Shown: positions 28,423 through 36,141 of the stretch, one piece after another
Numbering within the stretch: position 1 is the stretch's first letter
How the letters are laid out: every line of letters begins with the position of its first letter
Assembly (NCBI GenBank): GCA_965209085.1
Contig: OZ242376.1
Location: 1,280,001-1,344,000, forward strand
Length of the DNA: 64,000 nt
Source: Nitrosopumilaceae archaeon
GTDB lineage: Archaea > Thermoproteota > Nitrososphaeria > Nitrososphaerales > Nitrosopumilaceae
Direction: 5' to 3'
Position numbers and translations under genes: made by a program
The notes under the pieces: model-generated
Told to the model about the DNA's origin: nothing
Databases searched by the model: none
The model's input: the letters and a program-made list of their open reading frames with translations, nothing else

Positions 28423-30048
28423 ATGAATAATAGTATGGTAAATCAGATAGAAGCACCAACAGAGATCAACCGCAAAGTTCATGGTGTAGATATTGCAAGC
28501 AGATCGGAAGATGTACGTCGCATCGAAGACGATTATTGGCAAGTACGATCTCAAACATTGCGGTATGAGACATGGTACAATTTGGTTCATACAGAAAATG
28601 GCTGGATATGTGATTGCCCTGACATGCAACTCAACAAGGCAATATGCAAGCACTCTCATGCCATGAAGTTTTTCATGAAAATTTATGATGCACGTAACGG
28701 TATGACACAGGTTCCAGATGAGATATCCCATGAATGCAAAGATGTTCGGATAATTGCCAAAAATCATTATGCTGTAGAATCAAGCACTTCTGACAAATCA
28801 TATCGGGTGGAAAAATTGGCAAAGGCGGACGTCTGGGTCTGTGAATGCAGGGATTTTCATCGTAAACTTCGAACAAATCCCAAAAAACCCTGCAAGCATA
28901 TTCGTGCATGTATGAATATTGCAAACTCTCCAATAAAACCCACAAAAATCATGACCACGAGTATACCTCCAATATGCCCTAGATGTAATTCAACTTCCAT
29001 AATAAAATCTGGATTCCGTACAATCAAAAATAAAATAAAACGCCAAAGATATTTTTGCCAGCAATGCAAGCGTAAATTCATTCTAGGTGAAAACGGTTTT
29101 TCCAAAGTCAGCTCTGATCCGAAAATAATTACAGAATCTTTGAATCTGATAATGTCCGGGGTATCGTATAGGGATATATCTAGGCACATTAAGGTGTCTC
29201 ATAACATAGATATCAGTCATGTTGCCATCTGCAAATGGGTGCAAAAATACACTCAAATCATGAAAACATATGTGGAAAAAACATACCCAAAAATCGGTCC
29301 GGATGTATGGTCTTTGGATGAGATGGTGTTGAATGTCAAGGCTACCAAGAAAGGCAGCAAGGGGTTCAGCGTCTGGCTTTGGACCATAATTGATCCGCAA
29401 ACCCGTTACATCATATCCACGGAAGTTTCAAAGAAACGAGAAATAGATGATGCTAGAAGTATTATCGCCAAGGGGAAAAACAACACATCTGTAAATCCCT
29501 CGTATGTGGTCACAGATTCGTTACAATCCTATGCGGGGGCAATACGCAAAGAGTTGGATAATCGACGTACTGCACATATTAAAACAAAGGCAATCAAAAA
29601 CGAATTTGCTAACAGGCCTGTAGAGCGTGCGCATAATGAAATGAGGGAGAAATTATCTGCAAGAAGAGGGTTGGGAAATGACAAATCATCTCAAAATTTT
29701 ATGGAACTGTTTCAGATCCACCACAACCTGATCCGGCCGCACATGGGTCTTAATGGTAAAACGCCAGGAGAAGTGGCAGGAATTAGTCCGGATTTGGGAG
29801 AAAACAAGTACCGTACTTTGATTCAAAATGCATCAACAAAAGCCACTTTTGCCTCTGCGCTTAAGAATCGTATCCAGTATGTCAATATCGATAATAACGG
29901 AGATCGGATTCGTGTAACGCAGAAAGGCTGGCTAGATAAGAAGGTCTGGAGAGAGATTAATGATATTTTGAGCCTTTATGGGTTTGAGTGGGATTCTAAT
30001 GATGGGCGAGGGTTTTGGATAAAAGACGAATTGTGTAGAGCCCATTAA
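28423..30048 (+). CDS. IS6-like DDE transposase with two SWIM Zn fingers, IS1-type Zn ribbon, HTH and a C-terminal extension
   Basis: CDCPD..CKH and CECRD..CKH; CPRC..CQQC; WSLDE, VVTDS, NRPVER, HNLIRPH...GKTP. Confidence 0.9.
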   Translation: MNNSMVNQIEAPTEINRKVHGVDIASRSEDVRRIEDDYWQVRSQTLRYETWYNLVHTENGWICDCPDMQLNKAICKHSHAMKFFMKIYDARNGMTQVPDEISHECKDVRIIAKNHYAVESSTSDKSYRVEKLAKADVWVCECRDFHRKLRTNPKKPCKHIRACMNIANSPIKPTKIMTTSIPPICPRCNSTSIIKSGFRTIKNKIKRQRYFCQQCKRKFILGENGFSKVSSDPKIITESLNLIMSGVSYRDISRHIKVSHNIDISHVAICKWVQKYTQIMKTYVEKTYPKIGPDVWSLDEMVLNVKATKKGSKGFSVWLWTIIDPQTRYIISTEVSKKREIDDARSIIAKGKNNTSVNPSYVVTDSLQSYAGAIRKELDNRRTAHIKTKAIKNEFANRPVERAHNEMREKLSARRGLGNDKSSQNFMELFQIHHNLIRPHMGLNGKTPGEVAGISPDLGENKYRTLIQNASTKATFASALKNRIQYVNIDNNGDRIRVTQKGWLDKKVWREINDILSLYGFEWDSNDGRGFWIKDELCRAH

Positions 30049-30081
30049 ACATTTTTATGGGTATTTTACATATGTCAACTA

Positions 30082-30360
30082 TTGGTATATTACATAGTGT
30101 CATTTGATTTGGAAGATCCAAACAACAATGATTATGAATCCATATATTCACGCATGAATAATAAATTTCCAAAGTCATGTAAAATATTGTCTACAACATG
30201 CTTGATTAAATCAAATGATAACATTGACACAATAAGAGATTGGTTTCAAATGTGTACAGATGATGAAAATAATATTTCTGTATTTGTCGCAGAGTGGGAA
30301 GGTTATTCAGCTTGGATTACTGAAACTGCAAGAAAAGCGATAGAAGAAATATTAAACTAA
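30082..30360 (+). CDS. Small ferredoxin-like (Cas2/VapD-like) protein
   Basis: YIVSFDL...DY..IY pattern resembling the Cas2-like N-terminus; no CRISPR context. Confidence 0.55.
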   Translation: MVYYIVSFDLEDPNNNDYESIYSRMNNKFPKSCKILSTTCLIKSNDNIDTIRDWFQMCTDDENNISVFVAEWEGYSAWITETARKAIEEILN

Positions 30361-30388
30361 CATGCATATAAAATTATTATTACAAAAT

Positions 30389-30631
30389 TCATATTTTTGC
30401 CATCTTGATGATTCTTGGGCACAATCGTAGCAACAGTATAAAAATAGGTATGGCGAAAACTATGCTCACGGTGTTAATGGCGTCAATGTATTGCGTGTTA
30501 TTTATTATTGTTTCAAATAATTTTCCAAATATGCCTTTATCGGTTATCTGATGAATTAATGCTGTTATTAATATCAAAACTAGTGCATAACATACGCTGT
30601 TCTTCTCGCTTATCTTTGGAGAATCAAACAA
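30389..30631 (-). CDS. Small membrane protein (2 TM)
   Basis: Two hydrophobic helices; third gene of a cargo operon. Confidence 0.55.
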   Translation of the reverse strand: MFDSPKISEKNSVCYALVLILITALIHQITDKGIFGKLFETIINNTQYIDAINTVSIVFAIPIFILLLRLCPRIIKMAKI

Positions 30632-30638
30632 AACTCAT

Positions 30639-31181
30639 TCAACTATGTCTTTTCCTTAAAAATTGGAATAACATCGTAGTCGAATAACCTGCTAATATGG
30701 TTGCGGCAATATAATTTAAAGGGCTATCGAACATTAGATATGCTAGTAGGGATAACAAGTATGATGAACCAAAAAATAATATTCTTGCAAGACGAGGAGA
30801 TTTTGTAACTGAGGATGAATGTTTTTTACTAATATTTTGAGCCATGATTTCCTTAAAAATTGGGTTTGTGGAATATACTGATTTTACACTTGCAGTGTTT
30901 TTTGAAGATGGTTTCTCAACAGGTTCAAATTCTACAATCTGTTCTTCTTTTCCATTATTTTTTATGGATTTAAAATGAATAATTATTACTTCTCCTTTAT
31001 GATGTACTTTATATACATATTTTTTTGAATCATTTGTATTGTTGATTGTGTTTAGAAGTGATTCATGTGGCACATTTTTTAATTCTGTATCTGCAAATAC
31101 AATTTTAGTTCGTTTTATATTTTGAGCCTTATCTATGTCTTCATCTATGATTTCTTTTAGAATAACATTGTTTTGAGTCAT
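30639..31181 (-). CDS. Hypothetical protein with two C-terminal TM helices
   Basis: Start overlaps the upstream stop; C-terminal hydrophobic pair. Confidence 0.65.
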   Translation of the reverse strand: MTQNNVILKEIIDEDIDKAQNIKRTKIVFADTELKNVPHESLLNTINNTNDSKKYVYKVHHKGEVIIIHFKSIKNNGKEEQIVEFEPVEKPSSKNTASVKSVYSTNPIFKEIMAQNISKKHSSSVTKSPRLARILFFGSSYLLSLLAYLMFDSPLNYIAATILAGYSTTMLFQFLRKRHS

Positions 31182-31690
31182 TATACCATATCATGCTTTT
31201 CTAATGTTATTAATACTTTATTACAAGTTTCATGGGTAAATGCCAATTTTTTTCCACAAATATCCAAAAAAGCATGTCGTTTCTCCAACCCAATACCATG
31301 TATCAAATAATGAATAGATGCAGCAATTTCAAGATTGACTGGATTATAATCTAATGAATTCAAAAATTGAGAAAATCTATCATAACATTTTTGATCATTT
31401 TCGCTCAATGTGATTAAAGGTTCTGTAATGTTGGATGAAGATATTATATCGTGTATATATACTCCATCGTGTGTAAGTCTTTTCGAATACGGTCCACATG
31501 GGAACCACTTAAACACATATCCTAAATTTATTCCACATTCTTGTAGAAAGTATATCCCTTTCTGAAATACTGTTCTGGATTCGACCGAGCTTAAATTCAA
31601 TATTTTTGAGTGATGCGCGAGAGACCCCATTACTAATACTTTGGTACCATTATCTGAATCTTCATATTTTATCAACTCAGCAGGTAGCAT
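31181..31690 (-). CDS. YwgA/Panacea-like winged-helix protein
   Basis: R..FQKGIYFLQ..G..LGY.F.W...GPYS..L and LEIAASI motifs. Confidence 0.7.
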   Translation of the reverse strand: MLPAELIKYEDSDNGTKVLVMGSLAHHSKILNLSSVESRTVFQKGIYFLQECGINLGYVFKWFPCGPYSKRLTHDGVYIHDIISSSNITEPLITLSENDQKCYDRFSQFLNSLDYNPVNLEIAASIHYLIHGIGLEKRHAFLDICGKKLAFTHETCNKVLITLEKHDMV

Positions 31691-32411
31691 ACAGTGTTGT
31701 CACATTTATGACAGAATATAAAGATTAGTAACTGTCTAGAATTTTGAAATGATTTGATCATATGATCGAGTATTTTCCACCGTGATCTGGCGTGGTCCAT
31801 TCCAGAACACGCTTTTAGTAAAGTTAGACATGCCGCAGGATTATGGTCCGACTAAACTGATCGTAGTTTGAATTTCTAGGCGCGAAGCCATCCAAATTCT
31901 AACACCCGAATTTTACAACCTAGTCAAATACGTGAAAACATTCTAAAATTTACCAGAGTAGTTTGCATCCATAGATGATCAAACCAGTTATTTCCTTGCT
32001 TATGATGTGACAGATACAAAATTCCAACATAACGCAGATCACCTATTGGAACTGACAAAAAAAGTCATATGTAAATCTCCAAAACATTTCACTACTGACG
32101 GACTTCCGGCATACGCCAAATCATCTAAACGTGTATTCGGTAAAGATACACAATATCATGCACACATTCACTTGCGTAGACCGCAACAATAACAAAATGG
32201 AACGGTTTAATGGAACCTTTAGAGATCGTGAATTGGTATTTAGAGGTTTAAAAAAATCAGATACGCCTTTGATCGGTGGCCATCAAGCATTTTACAATTA
32301 CACTAAAAAACACATAGGTCTTGGCGGCAAAACTCTAGCAGAGGCTTCAAACATTAAAGTTGCAGGATTAAATAAATGACAAACTTTGATACAAAATGCT
32401 AGTTTGCATAC

Positions 32412-32588
32412 TTATGAACGTTTTTCCCAAATGTGTGAAGTTTTTTTCTGAAATTCATCAAACTGTAATGAAGTTTTATTAAAAATATCCCGTGCTTCTT
32501 CTTTTGTCATTTTATCATGTTCACATAACCAATCTAAAAGTGCCACCATTGGAGTATATTGATTGTTTAATGTATCGCCTTTGACCAT
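32412..32588 (-). CDS. Small hypothetical cargo protein (58 aa)
   Basis: Hand translation MVKGDTLNNQYTPMVALLDWLCEHDKMTKEEARDIF. Confidence 0.45.
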   Translation of the reverse strand: MVKGDTLNNQYTPMVALLDWLCEHDKMTKEEARDIFNKTSLQFDEFQKKTSHIWEKRS

Positions 32589-32641
32589 ATTGAATCTTGT
32601 AATATATTTTATGAATAAATATGTTTTTAGTCAATCCAGGC

Positions 32642-32720
32642 ACGAGGTCACATCATGCCTAGAATTTACACAATAAATGAATATGTAGGCATAAAATAGC
32701 ATGAGGTGCTGACCTCGTAC
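32642..32720. repeat. Structured ~80-nt repeat, copy 2
   Basis: Direct repeat of 22718-22796. Confidence 0.9.
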
Positions 32721-32992
32721 CAATCCTGAGAAGATCCATATTTCACGCCTGACGCCTAAGTGTTGATAACTTTACAGAATCTAAAATTCTACATACTGTG
32801 ATCAGAATTGAGACCATATCCCTAAGTTAACAGAAAAACACCCTAAATTAACAGCAGGTTGGAAATCGTGGAAAAGCCCTAAGAATTACCAGAGTATGAT
32901 ATCAGGTTCTGTAAACTTATCGGTGCATAGGCGTGGATATGGATCTTCTCTGAATTGATTGTTTTATATGTTGGAATATGAGTTAAAAATTA

Positions 32993-33210
32993 TGAGTGAT
33001 TTATTGGATATTGATCGGATAGTTCCAGAACTGCCAGAAGGTTCACGTATGGATATGGTAGAGTGGGCAAATATGTTAGATGTTAAATTGCGAACATTAG
33101 ATGGTCGTACAAATAGTGCATTTCAGTACCGAGATAAAAGATATAACCAATTACAAGAATTGATTTCTACCATAGAAAAAGAAATTGATGATTTGAAAAA
33201 AAGACCATAA
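32993..33210 (+). CDS. Small coiled-coil protein 1
   Basis: MSDLLDID..EWAN..; C-terminal heptads; start approximate. Confidence 0.65.
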
Positions 33211-33221
33211 TAAAATTTATC

Positions 33222-33259
33222 AAAAAGTGATCATTTTTTGAGTAAGATCAATAAAGGGG
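33222..33259 (+). promoter_or_regulatory. Duplicated promoter/operator, copy 1
   Basis: 35/38 identical to 33560-33597; 18 nt before ATG; TATA-like AATAAA. Confidence 0.7.
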
Positions 33260-33277
33260 CATATTTTAAAATACATT

Positions 33278-33514
33278 ATGAGTTTAGCAGCTACTGTCCC
33301 AAATGAAGCACCAAATTGGTTTAGAGAGTGGGCAAAGGGTATGGATAGAGATACAATATTTGGAACTGCGATATTAGAACAATCGGACTATACATTGGAA
33401 AGTGTAAAGAGGGATTTTGGAAATTTTAATACACGAATGGATAAAATGGATAAAGATATTTTAGAGATAAAAGATGATATAAAAACTATAAAGAAATTGT
33501 TGACTAATAAATAA
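33278..33514 (+). CDS. Small coiled-coil protein 2
   Basis: APNWFREWAK; C-terminal heptads. Confidence 0.75.
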   Translation: MSLAATVPNEAPNWFREWAKGMDRDTIFGTAILEQSDYTLESVKRDFGNFNTRMDKMDKDILEIKDDIKTIKKLLTNK

Positions 33515-33559
33515 TTTATCGGTTTTATTCAGGTTCTGCAAATCATCTATGGATTGACA

Positions 33560-33597
33560 AAAAAGTGATCTTTTGTTGAGTTAGATCAATAAAGGGG
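33560..33597 (+). promoter_or_regulatory. Duplicated promoter/operator, copy 2
   Basis: Matches copy 1; same 18-nt spacing to ATG 33616. Confidence 0.7.
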
Positions 33598-33615
33598 TAG
33601 ATTGCATGATGTAGT

Positions 33616-33906
33616 ATGAGTAGATTAGATGAAATAAAATCTGTAAAAGATGTTACTGAACGTGATATACAAGAGTGGTGTGGCGATTTACGAAAACATG
33701 ATGATAAGGCGTTTAAATATATTGGTTGGTTGTTTTGGGTTCATCACGATTTTCTGAAATCGGGGTTTGAAGAAACGAAAGTTGCTATTAAAGAAATGAA
33801 AGATGATATTGAAAAAGTGAATGATAAATTGGTTAGTATGGATTCAAGGTTTGACAGCATGGATTCAAAATTGGATTCCATAAATGAAAAATTAGAAAAG
33901 TTGTAA
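33616..33906 (+). CDS. Small coiled-coil protein 3
   Basis: IQEWCG; MDSRFDSMDSKLDS heptad repeats. Confidence 0.75.
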   Translation: MSRLDEIKSVKDVTERDIQEWCGDLRKHDDKAFKYIGWLFWVHHDFLKSGFEETKVAIKEMKDDIEKVNDKLVSMDSRFDSMDSKLDSINEKLEKL

Positions 33907-33911
33907 TGCAA

Positions 33912-35027
33912 TTATTCATACGTATGCAAACTAGCATTTTGTATCAAAGTTTGCCATTTGTTTAATCCAGCAACCTTAATGTTTGAAGCTTCAGCAGGCG
34001 TTTTGCCACCAAGTCCTATGTGTTTTTTAGTGTAATTGTAAAATGCTTGATAGCCACCGATCAAAGGGGTATCGGATTTTTTCAAACCTCTAAATGCCAA
34101 TTCACGATCTCTGAATGTACCGTTAAAGCGTTCCATTTTATTATTATTACGATCTTTGCGTAAATGGATATGTGAATGATGTTCCGTATCTTTACCAAAT
34201 ACACGTTTAGATGATTTGGCGTATGCAGGAAGTCCGTCAGTTGTAAAATGTTTAGGCGATTTGCCTATGGCATTTTTTGTGAGCTCTAATAGACGATCTG
34301 CATTATGTTGGAATTTTGTATCTGCCATGTCATAAGCAAGGAAATAACGGGTTTGATCATCTATGGAAGCAAAAAGATATTTTTTCTGACCTGATACTTT
34401 GAGCCATACTTCATCAGCTCTAACCCATGTACGATCAGCGGTTCTTGGAATGATCTCATTTAGGTATTTTTCAACCATACGAGAATATTTGGCAATCCAT
34501 TTGTAAACTGCCATGTGGGATATTTTAATTCCCATCATCTCATAATGGTTGGCAATATCACGGACTGACATACCCGTGAAATACATTTGCATATCTCCAG
34601 TAATAGTAGAGGGTAAAACACGGGTATTTTCAAAGCCAAAGTTTGTTGTAAAAATTTTGGTACATTCTTGGCATTGATACTTTTGAAGTTTGCCGTGCCT
34701 ATTGGTTCTATAACCACGTTTACGTAAATTACCCGAACTGCAATATTTGCATAGGTTGAGCTTTGATCGTTCCATGATTTTAAATTCATTATTGGCATAT
34801 CCACGATTTTGTTTTATTATCTTTATAATGACATGAATATGTTTACAGTCGGATTTGCGGTATTGATGATCAGGGCATTCGCATACAAGACCGTTTCCAG
34901 TCCTAGAGACCGTATAGTATTTGTCGGGCGTGGACATGGATTTTACTTTGAATGTGTGGGTATCGGTTTGAGTTATTGCATTTGCCGTTTCTAGTATTTG
35001 GTTTGCTTGTTGTTTGCGTGTATTCAT
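33912..35027 (-). CDS. IS6-like DDE transposase with one SWIM finger and an IS1-type Zn ribbon
   Basis: CECPD..CKH; CKYC..CQEC; RADE, TTDG, NNKMERFNGT, YNYTKKH..GKTPAE. Confidence 0.92.
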   Translation of the reverse strand: MNTRKQQANQILETANAITQTDTHTFKVKSMSTPDKYYTVSRTGNGLVCECPDHQYRKSDCKHIHVIIKIIKQNRGYANNEFKIMERSKLNLCKYCSSGNLRKRGYRTNRHGKLQKYQCQECTKIFTTNFGFENTRVLPSTITGDMQMYFTGMSVRDIANHYEMMGIKISHMAVYKWIAKYSRMVEKYLNEIIPRTADRTWVRADEVWLKVSGQKKYLFASIDDQTRYFLAYDMADTKFQHNADRLLELTKNAIGKSPKHFTTDGLPAYAKSSKRVFGKDTEHHSHIHLRKDRNNNKMERFNGTFRDRELAFRGLKKSDTPLIGGYQAFYNYTKKHIGLGGKTPAEASNIKVAGLNKWQTLIQNASLHTYE

Positions 35028-35042
35028 ACAGTTGGTATTAAG

Positions 35043-35100
35043 AGTACGCTTAATATATGTATCTGTTAATAGTACGCTTAATTAAGAGATCGCTTAATTA
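35043..35100. promoter_or_regulatory. Direct repeats AGTACGCTTAAT (x2 plus partial) between transposase and regulator
   Basis: 35043-35054, 35071-35082 and partial 35091-35100. Confidence 0.6.
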
Positions 35101-35127
35101 ATATGGTAATAGGTTATTGCACCGTGT

Positions 35128-35298
35128 ATGACACGGTGGAAAAAAGATGAGACGGAATTTACAGTCAGCTTATCACATGACGGTGGGCTTGGAATGATTG
35201 CACGCATACCTAAACCAATTAGGGAAGAGTTGGGCAATCCTACCAAGATTAAATTTCTAAAGTATAAGGGTAAAATATTAGTAGATTCTGGAGATTAA
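35128..35298 (+). CDS. AbrB-like DNA-binding protein (56 aa)
   Basis: Hand translation MTRWKKDETEFTVSLSHDGGLGMIARIPKPIREELGNPTKIKF. Confidence 0.75.
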   Translation: MTRWKKDETEFTVSLSHDGGLGMIARIPKPIREELGNPTKIKFLKYKGKILVDSGD

Positions 35299-35500
35299 AA
35301 CGGTTCATAGAATTTTGCGATCACGGATAAGGCGTGTGCAATATTCAAGACCATGACTGCGATTTCTAAATATTCCCGATTTTACCTGTTTGTCAATCCA
35401 TCTTAAGATTTCAGCTTCTATGGATATGGCGATCTTATGCTTCACATGGTACAGTATGACTAGGTATGATTAAAATACGGTATGATAAAGTCATACTTTT

Positions 35501-35878
35501 GTGAGTGCAGTTAAGGGATTTCTAGCAGGGGGGTTTACAGTATTTGTATTTTTTATCATAGTATTGACAGGTTTTGCACTAGATTCAGATATTGAATATA
35601 CGAATGATTCAGGTATTGCCCATACGAATGAATTAAACTATACGGATAGAGCAGTACTGATAAAATTAGCTCAAAACTGTTATGGCAGAGATACTGATTG
35701 CTATGTAAAAAATTTGGGGTATGGGTTGGATAATAATGATAAATACATAATAGAATCATGGACAAATACTTGTCAGACATTTAGCAAATATCAATATGAT
35801 CGTTGCTGGAGTATAGATAGCGAGGATGCTGGCATAATTACTAGCATACGAAATATGCACTTAAAAGCGGAAAAATGA
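35501..35878 (+). CDS. Secreted or membrane-anchored Cys-containing cargo protein
   Basis: N-terminal TM helix; four Cys; inside the TIRs. Confidence 0.6.
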   Translation: MSAVKGFLAGGFTVFVFFIIVLTGFALDSDIEYTNDSGIAHTNELNYTDRAVLIKLAQNCYGRDTDCYVKNLGYGLDNNDKYIIESWTNTCQTFSKYQYDRCWSIDSEDAGIITSIRNMHLKAEK

Positions 35879-35987
35879 CGATTTTTGGTTGATTTGGTTG
35901 ATCGCTATTTATGGTCAAATATGCACCGATAAGTTTACAGAACCAAGAATCGCACAGCTTATATACACAAGTACCGTACTTTACGGT

Positions 35988-36095
35988 ATGTTACGGTGCG
36001 AATACTGTACAAGAATCTTTGGCGCGACCCACAACGGGTTTGCAGAAAAGACGTTCCATGAGTTATTACATGGTCCAAATGTGGTAAACAGCTAA
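35988..36095 (+). CDS. 35-aa Zn-finger-like microprotein
   Basis: MLRCEYC...FHELLH. Confidence 0.45.
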   Translation: MLRCEYCTRIFGATHNGFAEKTFHELLHGPNVVNS

Positions 36096-36141
36096 AAGCT
36101 AGCCACATACCAATATTTTTTTAAATCATTACATTTCCTAT

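Larger units (their letters stand above)
31961..32781 (+). pseudogene. Truncated, frameshifted relative of the 32905-35944 element (transposase 3' half, cargo, degenerate end)
   Basis: 31961-32417 closely matches revcomp 33912-34375; end GATAACTTTACAGAATC resembles GATAAGTTTACAGAACC. Confidence 0.85.
24502..32896. mobile_element. 8.4-kb cargo-carrying IS6-like transposon
   Basis: Perfect 19-bp TIR TACTCTGGTAATTCTTAGG plus a 38/40 inner IR at identical spacing; flanked on both sides by TGATATCA; contains a SWIM-DDE transposase. Confidence 0.8.
32905..35944. mobile_element. 3.0-kb IS6-family transposon with cargo
   Basis: Perfect 25-bp TIR GGTTCTGTAAACTTATCGGTGCATA (32905-32929 / 35920-35944); IS257/IS431-like GGTTCTGT terminus. 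Confidence 0.9.

Noticed and set aside
33222-33597. CRISPR array or Xer/dif cassette sites
   Set aside because: Only two repeats, separated by a whole gene; no 11-6-11 dif symmetry; fixed spacing to ATG fits a promoter
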